Assembly: GCA_044432745.1 (NCBI GenBank) | Contig: JAWXUH010000003.1 | Location: 27,283 to 91,282 of the forward strand | DNA from: a bacterium | GTDB taxonomy: Bacteria; Bacillota_I; Bacilli_A; RF39; UBA660 | Length of the DNA: 64,000 nucleotides | Direction of reading: 5' to 3' | Shown: positions 1 through 10,046 of the stretch, one piece after another | How the letters are laid out: each line of letters opens with the position of its first letter | How positions within the stretch are numbered: the stretch's first letter is position 1 | Notes under the pieces: generated by a model | Databases searched by the model: none | Told to the model about the DNA's origin: nothing | Seen by the model: only the letters and a program-made list of their open reading frames with translations | Translations under genes and position numbers: made by a program

Positions 1-690
1 TAATAAATGAGAACTTTCGTAAATAAAGTAATCATTTGGAAGTTTAACTCTGATAGTTAATCCTTCATACGGAGATAATTCTTCATATATAGTACCATAT
101 ATTGTATTATCTACAACTGAATAATCTACATTATAATTACTTGTAGATCCGTATTGACCTGATGCAAAACCTACTAACGATTCATCAAAATCCTTTGGCA
201 TAGTAATTTGAAAATTTACATTCTTAATATAACTATTCCAATTAGTTCCTATTAAATTAAAATATAATTCATCATAACTTACAGTGCTATCTCTACTAAG
301 TTGATAATCATATTCAATAATATATTGTTTATCACCTACTATACCATTTACACCATCACCTACTATTAAATATAAAACATCTGACGTAGCATAAGAATAA
401 TAATATTCACTAACATGCAAATTGGATATGTTTGATTTGATTATATCCATTGTTCCATCTAGTCTAAAAACATTATTTGAAAGAGGTAATTCCCTAAATA
501 TACCAAAACTTTCTTCAAGAAAATAAACATCAATTATTTCAGTTATCTCAAGAAGATTATTTTCATTTACATTGATTTTAATATCATAATTTGAAATATA
601 ATAATTTTCTTCAGCGTATATGGATAAAGGTAATATTACTACAATTAAAAAAATTGTAGTAAATATTGTTTTCTTAATTAAATTAAACAT
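1..690 (-). CDS. DUF2207-like secreted or membrane protein; N-terminal part only, the 3' end runs off the left edge
   Basis: ATG at 690 on the minus strand. Hand translation gives MFNLIKKTIFTTIFLIVVILPLSIYAEENYYISNYDIKINV..FGIFRELP, i.e. a signal peptide followed by a DUF2207-like N-terminus. It sits directly downstream of lemA, which is the usual lemA-DUF2207 pairing. The frame is open to position 1. Confidence 0.55.
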   Translation of the reverse strand, partial: MFNLIKKTIFTTIFLIVVILPLSIYAEENYYISNYDIKINVNENNLLEITEIIDVYFLEESFGIFRELPLSNNVFRLDGTMDIIKSNISNLHVSEYYYSYATSDVLYLIVGDGVNGIVGDKQYIIEYDYQLSRDSTVSYDELYFNLIGTNWNSYIKNVNFQITMPKDFDESLVGFASGQYGSTSNYNVDYSVVDNTIYGTIYEELSPYEGLTIRVKLPNDYFIYESSHLL

Positions 691-709
691 ATTTACACAA
701 TCCTTTCAA

Positions 710-1264
710 TTAGAACTTAACGTTAACGTTTTCTCTTTGAGAAACTTCTGCTTCAAACATTGATTTAGCTGAAAATTTAAACATTTTAGCGATAATATTA
801 CTTGGAACCATTCCTACCATATCGTTAAAAGTTCTTACTACTGCGTTATAGTATTTTCTTGAATTAGCAATATCATTTTCAATACTTGAAAGTGAACTAC
901 TTAATTGTTTAAAATTTTCATTAGCTTTTAATTCAGGATAATCTTCTGATATAGCCATAAGTCTACCTAGACCTTGACTAAGTTGATTATTTAGATCAAT
1001 TTTTTCTCCTTCATTAAGTTTATCATAAGATGAATTTCTAAGTTTAATAACTTCTTCTAAAGTTTTTGATTCATGATTAGCGTAACCTTTAACAGTTTCA
1101 ACTAAGTTAGGAATTAAATCCCATCTTTTTTTAAGATAAACATCCATAGTTGAAAATGCTTCTAAAACCTTATTATTATTTTTTACAAACTTATTATAAG
1201 TCCCTAAAACATAAAGTAAAATTAACATTAACACAATAATTAAAATATACAACATATATAACAC
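710..1264 (-). CDS. lemA: LemA family protein
   Basis: N-terminal TM helix followed by YNKFV..[28 protein letters not shown]-type LemA signature. 184 aa. Confidence 0.85.
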   Translation of the reverse strand: [184 protein letters not shown]

Positions 1265-1411
1265 TCCTATAATAAAAGTATATCATAAGAAGAAATATAT
1301 GTAAAATAAAAAGAACTCGTATTCGAGTTCTATAATTATAGAAAAAAATATATACTAATTTTTTACTATACATATATTATAATCAAAAAAATTTATAATA
1401 TACAAAGAAAG

Positions 1412-1441
1412 AGAAAAAAAAACGAGAGCTTTCGCTCTCTC
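1412..1441 (-). terminator. Rho-independent terminator
   Basis: Minus strand reads GAGAGC-GAAA-GCUCUC (1424-1439) followed by a U9 run (A-run 1414-1422 on the plus strand). Confidence 0.75.
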
Positions 1442-1508
1442 AGGGGGTTTTAGTAATCTTTCTCACATTATATTCGTAAGAATGATTAAGCATGACATCT
1501 ATCATGCT
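1412..1508 (-). ncRNA. Candidate small RNA, or a long argS 3' UTR, ending at the terminator above
   Basis: Minus-strand promoter-like TTGACA (1538-1543), 17 nt spacer, TAAACT (1515-1520). Then a 7-bp hairpin AGCAUGA-UAGAUG-UCAUGCU, an unpaired ACCCCCU motif, and the terminator. No ORF. Confidence 0.3.
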
Positions 1509-1578
1509 AAACTAAGTTTAATATATAAATTCAACTTTGTCAAACCTTTTTTCTCTTTTTTTTGTAAAAGTTTACATT

Positions 1579-3270
1579 TTACATTTTTGTTGGTAGTTTT
1601 ATAACTAATAAATCTAATAATAAATTTACATATTTATTAGTAAGTGTAAGTACAAATATATAATCGTTTAATTCTTGTTCACTATCTAATTTATTTAGAT
1701 AATTATTTTGATAAAAATTATTTGCTACACTACATAAGTTATATACGTAATCTGCTACATAACTAGGTTTTCTTTCGTCAAATGCTAGTGTCAACGACTT
1801 ACCTATTTCTAATAATTTTAATCTTAAATTTCTATCATAAACATTATATATATTATCACTAAAATCACATGTTACAGTATACTCTGATAACATTTTTTTA
1901 ATTCTTAAATATGTATAAAGTATATATGGACCAGTTTTACCATTTACTTCTGAGAATTTAGATAAATCAAAAATATAATCTTTATCACGAGAATTTTGTA
2001 AATCTGCAAATTTTAAAATTGAATTAACAATTATATTAAGATCATCTTCACTTAAATATTTGTTTTCTTCTTTTTTAGAAATAAATATATTTTTTGCATC
2101 ATCAAATAACGTTTCAAGTTTAGGAGTATCACCACTTCTTGTTTTGTAAGGTTTATTATCCTCACCATTAACAGTACCATAAGCAAGATGTTCTAAATTG
2201 TTTATAGAAAATAAATTAACTTTATCTGCTGCTCTAAAAACTTGTTTAAAATGAAGTGATTGTCTTAAATCTGTAACATATAGTATTTTATCAGGATTAA
2301 AATCTCTTTTTCTTTGAACTATAGTAGCCAAATCACTAGAAGCATATAAATAAGCACCATTACTCTTTTGAAATAACAAAGGAGGTAATTCTAGTTTATC
2401 TTCTTCGTTTGATACATTTATTATTTTAGCTCCTTGACTTTCTTCTATTACAGAAGAAAATACTTCTTTAGTTTCTTCAAGATCATCGTAAGAATCACTC
2501 TCACCATACCAGTAATCAAAAGATACATCTAAGAAATCATAATTCTTTTTAATATCCATAACTGATACTTCACATATTTTTTTCCAATAATCAACATATA
2601 AAGGATCTTTTTCTTGTAACTTTTTAGTAATTAAAGCACACTTTTCTTTTACTTCTTCGTTTTCTTTACAAAGAGCACTCATTTTAGGATAAACATCATT
2701 TAAATAATTAATATTAATATTATCTACACTTAGATTATCTTCCACAATTTTATAAATTACTTGACCTATTTGAAGACCTATATCACCTAAATGCACATCA
2801 GATATAACATTAGTATTAAAGAAGTTTAAAATTCTTTTTATAGATTCCCCTACTATAGCTGTTCTCATATGACCAACGTGTAGTGGTTTAGCAACATTAG
2901 GTCCGCCATAATCAAGTACTACGTTACATTCTTTTTCAAGTTTCACAGTGCTTTTAATATCATTATTAAATAAATATAAATACTTATTTATAAAACAATT
3001 AGATAATGTTAAATTAATAAACCCTGGTTTACAAAATTCTACTGAAGAAAAATAATTTTCTATACCACTATACTCATTAATACCTTTTACAATTTTTTCT
3101 CCAACCTCAATAGGATTTGATCCACTATTCTTAGCTATCTTAAAAACATCGTTACATTGATAATCACAAAGTTCTGGTCTATTAGACAAAGAAATTGAAA
3201 CTGAAACGTCTTCATATCCTAAACTTAAAATGATTTTATTTAATAATTTATTAATATCTTCTATATACAT
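1579..3270 (-). CDS. argS: Arginine--tRNA ligase
   Basis: 563 aa. Class I HIGH-type motif PLHVGHMRT, ArgRS-like KTRSGDT region, and a C-terminal anticodon-binding region ending in M. Confidence 0.9.
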   Translation of the reverse strand: MYIEDINKLLNKIILSLGYEDVSVSISLSNRPELCDYQCNDVFKIAKNSGSNPIEVGEKIVKGINEYSGIENYFSSVEFCKPGFINLTLSNCFINKYLYLFNNDIKSTVKLEKECNVVLDYGGPNVAKPLHVGHMRTAIVGESIKRILNFFNTNVISDVHLGDIGLQIGQVIYKIVEDNLSVDNININYLNDVYPKMSALCKENEEVKEKCALITKKLQEKDPLYVDYWKKICEVSVMDIKKNYDFLDVSFDYWYGESDSYDDLEETKEVFSSVIEESQGAKIINVSNEEDKLELPPLLFQKSNGAYLYASSDLATIVQRKRDFNPDKILYVTDLRQSLHFKQVFRAADKVNLFSINNLEHLAYGTVNGEDNKPYKTRSGDTPKLETLFDDAKNIFISKKEENKYLSEDDLNIIVNSILKFADLQNSRDKDYIFDLSKFSEVNGKTGPYILYTYLRIKKMLSEYTVTCDFSDNIYNVYDRNLRLKLLEIGKSLTLAFDERKPSYVADYVYNLCSVANNFYQNNYLNKLDSEQELNDYIFVLTLTNKYVNLLLDLLVIKLPTKM

Positions 3271-3433
3271 AATAAACCTCTTTTCTATAAAGAATTATAT
3301 ATCTTTACACTATTTTTGTCAATTAATGTGGTCTTATACGGTAAATGAATGAAAAAACTATTATTTTATTTAAAAAAAATTAAAATTATGATATTATTAT
3401 AAAAGAAAAATATTGAATTGAGGAAATTATAAA

Positions 3434-4594
3434 ATGATTACAAAAGTAGGACATAGTACAAATAAAGATAGTGATAAACAAGGGATTGAATGTGTAACAA
3501 AAAGTAAAATTAGTGATAAGAGTAAACTTGGATTAGTATTTACTTCATGTAATAATGATCATAGTAAAATTGTTGAAGGTATTAGAAGCAAAACTCAAAT
3601 ACCAGTAATTGGAATGACATCATCAGATAACTTACTAGTACCTGGTGCAATATTAGAAACAAAGAAAAATGGATATTGTGCTATGATGAATTTTGAATCA
3701 GAAGAGTTAATTGTAGGTGTTGGTAGTTCAAAAAGAGGAACAGATCCAAGAGAGTCAGGAAGAAAAGCAGCTAAAGAAGCTTTAAAAAGTTCTGGACTTA
3801 TGAAAGTTCCAAATTACTTTTATATGGTAGCATCACCAGGTGAAGAAAATGAATACCTATTAGGTATCCAAGATATTATTGGAAGAGTTAAATTTTTTGG
3901 AGGAAGTGCTGCAGATGATAAAAATACAGGTAATTGGAAAATTATATGTAATGATGCAGTTATAACTAATGGTGTTGCAGTTGCATTCTTCTATACTAAC
4001 GATGAAATGATAACAAGTTTATCTCATGATTATAAAGAAACTTCAAATGTAGGAGTTATAACAAAAATTAGTAAAACTAAAGAATTAATAGAAATAAACA
4101 ATACTGAACCATTACAAATATATTTAAATTGGACAAATAAGAATATTAAAGATTTAGATAAAAAAGATTTTATTAACGAAATTATATTAAATCCAATAGG
4201 AATTAAAACTGAGAATAATGGTATAGTAAACTTTACCTACCCTTTAAATACAAGTGATAAAAATAATGTATTGTTTGGAAATAATGTAGATCTTAATACA
4301 GCTATAGTACAATTTACAAGCACAACTGAAAATTTAATTAATTCATTTGGTAAATCACTTAGATATACAAATAGAGCTATGTACGAAAAACCATCGGGTT
4401 ATATAATAATGCATAGTACTGCAAGAAAAATACCTTTTGATACTAAATTAAAAGAAGTACATAAAATTCTTGAAGAAAAAACTAAAGGTAAACCATACAT
4501 AGTAGCGTTTACTTATGGAGAATATGGATATAACGAACATTCTGCAAATCAATGTACGAATTTATCTTTATCGTTTACTGGATTTAGTGAATAA
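3434..4594 (+). CDS. FIST-domain-like sensory protein
   Basis: 386 aa and cytoplasmic. The layout (LGLVFTS.., IPVIGMTSS.., FFGGSAADD) resembles FIST_N/FIST_C proteins as recalled from memory. Confidence 0.4.
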   Translation: MITKVGHSTNKDSDKQGIECVTKSKISDKSKLGLVFTSCNNDHSKIVEGIRSKTQIPVIGMTSSDNLLVPGAILETKKNGYCAMMNFESEELIVGVGSSKRGTDPRESGRKAAKEALKSSGLMKVPNYFYMVASPGEENEYLLGIQDIIGRVKFFGGSAADDKNTGNWKIICNDAVITNGVAVAFFYTNDEMITSLSHDYKETSNVGVITKISKTKELIEINNTEPLQIYLNWTNKNIKDLDKKDFINEIILNPIGIKTENNGIVNFTYPLNTSDKNNVLFGNNVDLNTAIVQFTSTTENLINSFGKSLRYTNRAMYEKPSGYIIMHSTARKIPFDTKLKEVHKILEEKTKGKPYIVAFTYGEYGYNEHSANQCTNLSLSFTGFSE

Positions 4595-4596
4595 AA

Positions 4597-4618
4597 AATA
4601 ACCAAAGGTTATTTTTTT
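4597..4618. terminator. Bidirectional hairpin terminator between convergent genes
   Basis: AATAACC-AAA-GGTTATT flanked by an A-run and a T-run. Confidence 0.6.
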
Positions 4619-5465
4619 ATTTGTAATCAATTTTAATTAATTTAGCATGCATAACTACCCTATCATAATCTCCATCACAGGTACTAAGAGTTATTATATT
4701 ATCATCATAATTTACAGTAGTTTCAAAATCAAACTCACTTCTTTTATATATTAAATTTAAAAACTCTGTATATGAATTATTACTTGGAAAATCTATATAT
4801 AAATAATCATTAGTAACTGGCACTTTATAGACACTAAATACCTGCCATATAGAGTTAGCACTTTCAAATGAAAGAGATATTAAAAAATTTTCTTTATTAC
4901 TAAGCCAATCATTATTAAAAATATTTTTTAGTGTTCCAAACATAGTACCATCTACTCTAGAGTGACCATAAAAAATTAAATTTTTATTATTCATATAAAG
5001 ATCATTTCTATAATCAAGAAATATCCAACCTGCAGAATTTATAATATTATTAAAAGAATATTTAAGATAATAATCATTATCATTATTTTGAACTACAGGA
5101 TAATTAATATTAGTTCCACTAACATTAATCCAAGCAACTGTATCTTTATTAATATCCTTAAGAGAATTTATGTTAACATCTATAAATTCAGTTTTTATAT
5201 AATCCCAGTATATATTTGATTCGTCTATATAAGTATCTTGAGGAATAATAATTGTTTCTTCAGTATCTTCTAAATAAAGAACCTCAACAGAAGTATAAAT
5301 TTTATTTGATATATCCTTAGATTGATAAGATTCAAATATATATATAAAAACCTTAGAAAGGGAAAATACAGAAAGAATAATACAAATACTAAATATTATA
5401 AATTGAAATTTATTATTATATATTTTTAAGAAATTCTTTTTAACTCTATGAAAATAATTTTGCAC
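4617..5465 (-). CDS. srtB: Class B sortase
   Basis: N-terminal TM anchor, then VAWINVSGTNINYPVVQ..DNDYYL, GWIFLDYRN, IFYGHS, LSTC and RVVMHAKL, as in SrtB-type sortases. Confidence 0.8.
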   Translation of the reverse strand: MQNYFHRVKKNFLKIYNNKFQFIIFSICIILSVFSLSKVFIYIFESYQSKDISNKIYTSVEVLYLEDTEETIIIPQDTYIDESNIYWDYIKTEFIDVNINSLKDINKDTVAWINVSGTNINYPVVQNNDNDYYLKYSFNNIINSAGWIFLDYRNDLYMNNKNLIFYGHSRVDGTMFGTLKNIFNNDWLSNKENFLISLSFESANSIWQVFSVYKVPVTNDYLYIDFPSNNSYTEFLNLIYKRSEFDFETTVNYDDNIITLSTCDGDYDRVVMHAKLIKIDYK

Positions 5466-5547
5466 TATACCACCATAGTTATTATAACCATATTAATATA
5501 AATAACTATCAATTTAAAGAATAAGTAATATATTATATAAAAGGAAG

Positions 5548-6339
5548 GTGTTTAAAGTAAAAAATCAGGAGGAATTTTTAAAAACTTTAAAAAGAGAAAA
5601 GTTTTTTATAACAGCAACACAGACTTTTATATTAATATTTCTTTTTTTAATATGGGAATTATTATCTGAAAATAATATAATAAATTCGTTCATATACTCT
5701 TCTCCATCTAGAATTTTAGAAACTATTTTTTCATTGTATAAAGATGGATCGTTATTTACTCATATATATACAACTATATATGAAACAATAATAGCTTTCA
5801 CATTAGGAATAAGTATAGGTTTTATAATAGCAATAATATTATACGAATTTAAAATAATAGCAAAAATAATAGAACCTTTTTTAGTAGTATTAAATTCTTT
5901 ACCCAAAGTAGCACTTGGACCACTTATAATAATTATAGTTGGCGCAAATACAAAAAGTATAATAGTTATGGCATTACTAATAAATTTAATAATAAATATC
6001 ACTACTATATATTCTGGATTTTTAGGTACAGATGAAAATACAATTAAGTTATTTGATTCTTTAAAAGCTAGTAGTATGCAAAAACTTAGATATTTAATTA
6101 TACCTAGTTCAGGAAAAATAATAATAAGTAGTTTAAAATTAAACATATCAACATCTTTGATTGGTGTAATAATGGGAGAATTTTTAACAAGTAAAGCTGG
6201 ACTTGGATATTTAATAATATATGGAACTCAGGTATTTAATTTAAACTTAGTAATGAGTGGAATATTGATACTAGCGTTAATATCATTTATACTATATAAA
6301 ACTATTGAAGTAATTGAAAAAAAACTAATTAAAAATTAG
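5548..6339 (+). CDS. ABC transporter permease (NitT/TauT, SsuC-like family)
   Basis: 263 aa and polytopic, with an EAA-like loop SLKASSMQKLRYLIIPSS. The GTG start at 5548 is uncertain. Confidence 0.75.
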   Translation: MFKVKNQEEFLKTLKREKFFITATQTFILIFLFLIWELLSENNIINSFIYSSPSRILETIFSLYKDGSLFTHIYTTIYETIIAFTLGISIGFIIAIILYEFKIIAKIIEPFLVVLNSLPKVALGPLIIIIVGANTKSIIVMALLINLIINITTIYSGFLGTDENTIKLFDSLKASSMQKLRYLIIPSSGKIIISSLKLNISTSLIGVIMGEFLTSKAGLGYLIIYGTQVFNLNLVMSGILILALISFILYKTIEVIEKKLIKN

Positions 6340-7453
6340 TTTTTTCATTACAATCAATTAAAATCATAGGAACAATCATCTCTTCTTCAGTAAGACCTCC
6401 GTGATCCGCCTTTAAAGAATCAAATACTTTATTATCAACATTATAAGTAATGCTAACATCACTTATAGCAGTTGCAACATAATCTCCTAAAAAATCATCT
6501 AGTAAAATATGTTTATTACCGTTGCCTAGTAAACCTGAAGTAATAAATTTTTCTTTAGTATATAAGACATAACTATTGTGAAATCTATCATTAAAAATAT
6601 TTTCAAAAGTTTTTTCCATTCCCCTTTTTATATGAAATATAGGACATCTAAATTCACCTGTTGGAATATAAGAAAAACAATCCGTTAATTCCTTGTCTCC
6701 TGAAATGTCACAAATGTTAGTATCTATTAAACCGTGATCAGCTGTAATTACAATTAAAGTATCATTTAATTTTTTAGACAATTTAGATATTTTAATAGAA
6801 ATATCTTCTAATATTAAATTCACTTCACTAGAATTTATACCATAGTTATGAAGAAGTCCATCTGGTTCATTACTATATACAGAGAAAAAATTTATTTCTT
6901 CTGCTGATGATTGATTATTTTCTATAAAAGAAAACATATCTGATAAGTTTTCATACTCTCCGCCAGCACATTTAGGATACATCCTAAAGAAATTTATTTT
7001 ATTATTAGAAGATACCATTTGAGAGTATATATCTTCATAAGAAACATAATCTAAAACATTATGTTTTTCGTTTGTCAAATACGTATTATTTAAAAACATT
7101 TCTACCGATTGATTAATATCTTTAAAATACTGATGCCACCCTATCCATGAAGTATTATAAGGAGCAAGTCCACTATGAAGCGCGGTTGTTGCTGGTACTG
7201 TTGATGAGGGATAAACTGTTGTTATATATGATGAAAGATTAGTTCTAAAAAAAGAATCTTCTTCAAAATGTTTTTCTAAAACATTTTTACCCATTCCATC
7301 AAGTATTATATATACAATATTTTTATAATTTTTTTTGAGTTTATCGTCTAATAATTTATTAGTATTATAAAACTTTTTACCACAAAAATAATTTAAAAAA
7401 GAATTAGGAATTCCTATATTGCTATTAGAATAATCTGGATATATAAATTTCAT
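6329..7453 (-). CDS. Alkaline phosphatase superfamily protein (type I phosphodiesterase / nucleotide pyrophosphatase-like)
   Basis: Metal and nucleophile motifs ILDGMG, PSSTVPATTALHSG, ITADHG and ADHGG. Confidence 0.7.
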   Translation of the reverse strand: MKFIYPDYSNSNIGIPNSFLNYFCGKKFYNTNKLLDDKLKKNYKNIVYIILDGMGKNVLEKHFEEDSFFRTNLSSYITTVYPSSTVPATTALHSGLAPYNTSWIGWHQYFKDINQSVEMFLNNTYLTNEKHNVLDYVSYEDIYSQMVSSNNKINFFRMYPKCAGGEYENLSDMFSFIENNQSSAEEINFFSVYSNEPDGLLHNYGINSSEVNLILEDISIKISKLSKKLNDTLIVITADHGLIDTNICDISGDKELTDCFSYIPTGEFRCPIFHIKRGMEKTFENIFNDRFHNSYVLYTKEKFITSGLLGNGNKHILLDDFLGDYVATAISDVSITYNVDNKVFDSLKADHGGLTEEEMIVPMILIDCNEKTNF

Positions 7454-7494
7454 ATAATCGCTCTCCTATTACTAGTTTAACACAATTAAAAAAA

Positions 7495-8010
7495 TTATAA
7501 TACTATAATTTCTAAAAATAAATCGATGTTATTAATTTTTTTATAAAATAATATATCACAGTCCATACCTAAATTTTTAAGGAAAATTCTTTTAAATAGT
7601 AAGTATCTTTTATCAAAACTTAAAGAATCTACTTTGTTTACTTCATGAAATTCGTTAAGACAATTAAAATCTTCTTTATATTTTTTTATATTGTTTAAAA
7701 AATTTTCTAAAAGTAGTTCTTTCATTATATTGTAAAACAGAGCTTCATCGTAATTGTTTGAAAATAAATTTAATAAATCAATGTTATTAAATACTGATGA
7801 TATTACCAAATAATCGTTATTCAAAAAATAAAAATCTTTCAAAAATAATTCACCAAATTTATCTATTTTATTTAAAAAATCATCACAAGTAAAATATTTA
7901 CTAAGTATATCATTATCAAGAAGTTCTAAAATTAAATCTGGATTATAAAAATTATCGTATTTTTTTTTAAGTTCATCAATATAATTTTGCTTCATAATAA
8001 TCAACCTCAA
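7495..8010 (-). CDS. Hypothetical protein
   Basis: 171-aa ORF with no recognisable motif. Confidence 0.4.
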   Translation of the reverse strand: MRLIIMKQNYIDELKKKYDNFYNPDLILELLDNDILSKYFTCDDFLNKIDKFGELFLKDFYFLNNDYLVISSVFNNIDLLNLFSNNYDEALFYNIMKELLLENFLNNIKKYKEDFNCLNEFHEVNKVDSLSFDKRYLLFKRIFLKNLGMDCDILFYKKINNIDLFLEIIVL

Positions 8011-8136
8011 ATAAAGTATAACATAAAATAGTTACGAAAATATAACTGAGAATAGCAAATAGTATTTTCATAACTTAAAATAGCAAAATCAGTATAAACA
8101 CTACTCTTAATGGGAAAATTAATATAGGTGGTGTAA

Positions 8137-8562
8137 ATGATAGATATTTGTAAATTAAAAGATATAAGAGAAGATAATGACGTGAGTCAAGTACAAATGT
8201 CAAAGATATTAAAAATAAATAGATCTACATATTCACTATGGGAACTAGGAATCAATATAATACCTTTAAAAGAGTTATGTGATTACGCTAATTATTTTAA
8301 CTTAAGTATAGACTATGTACTTGGTTTAACTAACGAAAGAAATAATTTTGATAAAAAAATTATTCTTAATTTAGAAACACTTGGTAAAAATCTTAAAAAA
8401 TTAAGATTAGAACATAATTTATCACAAGAAACATTATCTGAGATACTAGGAGTAACACAAGCATGTATCACTAGATACGAAAAAGGTTTAATATGTATAT
8501 CTACTACAAATTTATATAACTATTCAAAATTTTTTAATACAACAATGACTGAATTAATATAA
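8137..8562 (+). CDS. XRE-family transcriptional regulator with two tandem HTH domains
   Basis: Two HTH_3-like repeats: SQVQMSKILKINRSTYSLWELG and SQETLSEILGVTQACITRYEKG. Confidence 0.8.
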   Translation: MIDICKLKDIREDNDVSQVQMSKILKINRSTYSLWELGINIIPLKELCDYANYFNLSIDYVLGLTNERNNFDKKIILNLETLGKNLKKLRLEHNLSQETLSEILGVTQACITRYEKGLICISTTNLYNYSKFFNTTMTELI

Positions 8563-8592
8563 AAAAAAATTACCAAACGGTAATTTTTTTTA
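8561..8592. terminator. Bidirectional terminator between the XRE gene and nusG
   Basis: A9-ATTACC-AAAC-GGTAAT-T8. Confidence 0.7.
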
Positions 8593-8594
8593 AA

Positions 8595-9134
8595 TTAAAC
8601 TCTAGATACTTGAGATAATTCCACTTCAACAATAGTTTCTTGACGGAATAAATCAATAACAACGTTAAGCATTCCTGTTTCTTCGTCGATAGATTCGATT
8701 GTACCAACCATTCCTTTGAAAGGTCCATCAACAATACTAACTGAATCTCCAACAACGTAATCATTGTCTTCTACCATTCTACTCATTCCAACAGTAGATA
8801 AAATTCTGTCTATTTCTTCATCAGCTAAAGCAGTAGGTTTCGCACCTTTACCACTAGAACCAATAAATCCTGTAACTCCTGGAGTATTTCTGATAACAGA
8901 CCAAGATTCGTCAGTCATAATCATTTCAACTAAAACGTAACCTGGAAACATTTTTACAATTTTTTCCTTCATAACTCCATCTTTATTTTCAACTTCAGTC
9001 ATTTCTGGAACAATTACTCTATAAATGTAATCTTGCATACCAGTAGATTCAGTACGCATAACTAATTTTTCTGCTACTTTATTTTCATGTCCTGAGTATG
9101 TATTAGCAACATACCATAATTTGTTTTCTTCCAT
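8595..9134 (-). CDS. nusG: Transcription termination/antitermination factor NusG
   Basis: WYVANTYSGHENKV NGN start and a C-terminal KOW (GDSVSIVDGPFKGMVGTI). Position after secE is the conserved one. Confidence 0.92.
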   Translation of the reverse strand: MEENKLWYVANTYSGHENKVAEKLVMRTESTGMQDYIYRVIVPEMTEVENKDGVMKEKIVKMFPGYVLVEMIMTDESWSVIRNTPGVTGFIGSSGKGAKPTALADEEIDRILSTVGMSRMVEDNDYVVGDSVSIVDGPFKGMVGTIESIDEETGMLNVVIDLFRQETIVEVELSQVSRV

Positions 9135-9325
9135 TATCCTACCATCCTTATAATCATTGATAAAATTAAATTAATTAATAAAAAGTATGAAACAACAACG
9201 AATATAAAAACTAATGTAGCAATTGTATACTTCACAACATCTTTAAATTCTGGCCAGCTTACTTTTTGCATTTCTGCTTTTACACCTTTAATATAACCAA
9301 CTTTATTCTTTTTTTTAGAACTCAT
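9134..9325 (-). CDS. secE: Preprotein translocase subunit SecE
   Basis: 63 aa with a single C-terminal TM and KGVKAEMQKVSWP motif. Overlaps the nusG start by 1 nt. Confidence 0.85.
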   Translation of the reverse strand: MSSKKKNKVGYIKGVKAEMQKVSWPEFKDVVKYTIATLVFIFVVVSYFLLINLILSMIIRMVG

Positions 9326-9434
9326 TTTTGCCCTCCACTAAAAAAACACTTTCGTGCTTGATTAAATTTATTGTAACATATTTTCAAAAAAAATCAAGTC
9401 ATATAGTGTTATTTAACATATTTTTAAGAAGAAA

Positions 9435-10046
9435 TTATTCCTTAAAAATATCGGTATTTAAAATGTTTTTTATTTTTAATTTTATCCTTTGAATAGCATT
9501 ATCAATTTGTTTAGGATCTTTTTCTAATTTATCAGCTATTTCAGTATAATTTATATTGTCTAACATATATTTATAAACTTCAATTTCAAAAGAAGATAAC
9601 ACTTCTAAAATTTTAGAATTTAACAAAGTATCTGTTTCTTTACTTTCTAGTATTTTCATAGGATCTTCGTTATTTTCATCTACAACTATATCAAGAAGTG
9701 CCATACCAAAATCTTCATATACATAATCAAGAGAATATGTATTTAAATTAAATTTATTTTTTAAAGTACTTGCACTTCTTATAACTTTAACTAAGCGTCT
9801 TTGTACACATAAAGACAAAAATGTAGAAAAAGTAGAATCTTTATTTGGATCATAATTATTTATAGCATCGTAAAAAGCATATAAACATTCTGCATGAGCA
9901 TCCTGATATTCAATAGAGATTTTATAAAAAGTATTTTTATATTTTTTTAGATAAAAAAATATAATATATTCATAATTTTTAAAAAGTATTTCTCTAGCTT
10001 CATCAGAATTTTCCATTATAAGGTCTACTACTTCTTCATTAATCAT
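9435..10046 (-). CDS. sigH: Sigma-70 family sigma factor, SigH-like
   Basis: TFSTFLSLCVQRRLVKVIRSASTLKNKFNLNTYSLD and KQIDNAIQRIKLKIKNIL parallel B. subtilis SigH regions 2 and 4 (from memory). rlmB-sigH-secE-nusG synteny. Confidence 0.75.
   Translation of the reverse strand: MINEEVVDLIMENSDEAREILFKNYEYIIFFYLKKYKNTFYKISIEYQDAHAECLYAFYDAINNYDPNKDSTFSTFLSLCVQRRLVKVIRSASTLKNKFNLNTYSLDYVYEDFGMALLDIVVDENNEDPMKILESKETDTLLNSKILEVLSSFEIEVYKYMLDNINYTEIADKLEKDPKQIDNAIQRIKLKIKNILNTDIFKE

Noticed and set aside
3271-3433. Possible T-box or other leader upstream of argS. The 9-nt trxB-cysS junction was checked as well.
   Set aside because: There is no GGUACCGC-type T-box sequence or terminator/antiterminator pair on the minus strand. 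cysS has no leader at all because it is internal to an operon.
5760-6146. 128-aa minus-strand ORF inside the ABC permease gene.
   Set aside because: It is antisense to a well-supported CDS. Its Ile/Phe-rich composition is typical of the mirror frame of an AT-rich membrane gene.
8570-8764. 64-aa ORF overlapping the nusG 3' end in another frame. The ORFs at 10701-10886, 19872-20069, 20375-20605, 30758-30952, 32186-32383, 32558-32758, 43628-43870 and 45074-45310 were treated the same way.
   Set aside because: They overlap better-supported genes or regulatory elements and lack initiation signals.
9326-9434. Expected rpmG (L33) between sigH and secE.
   Set aside because: The spacer is only 109 nt and has no ORF of the required size.
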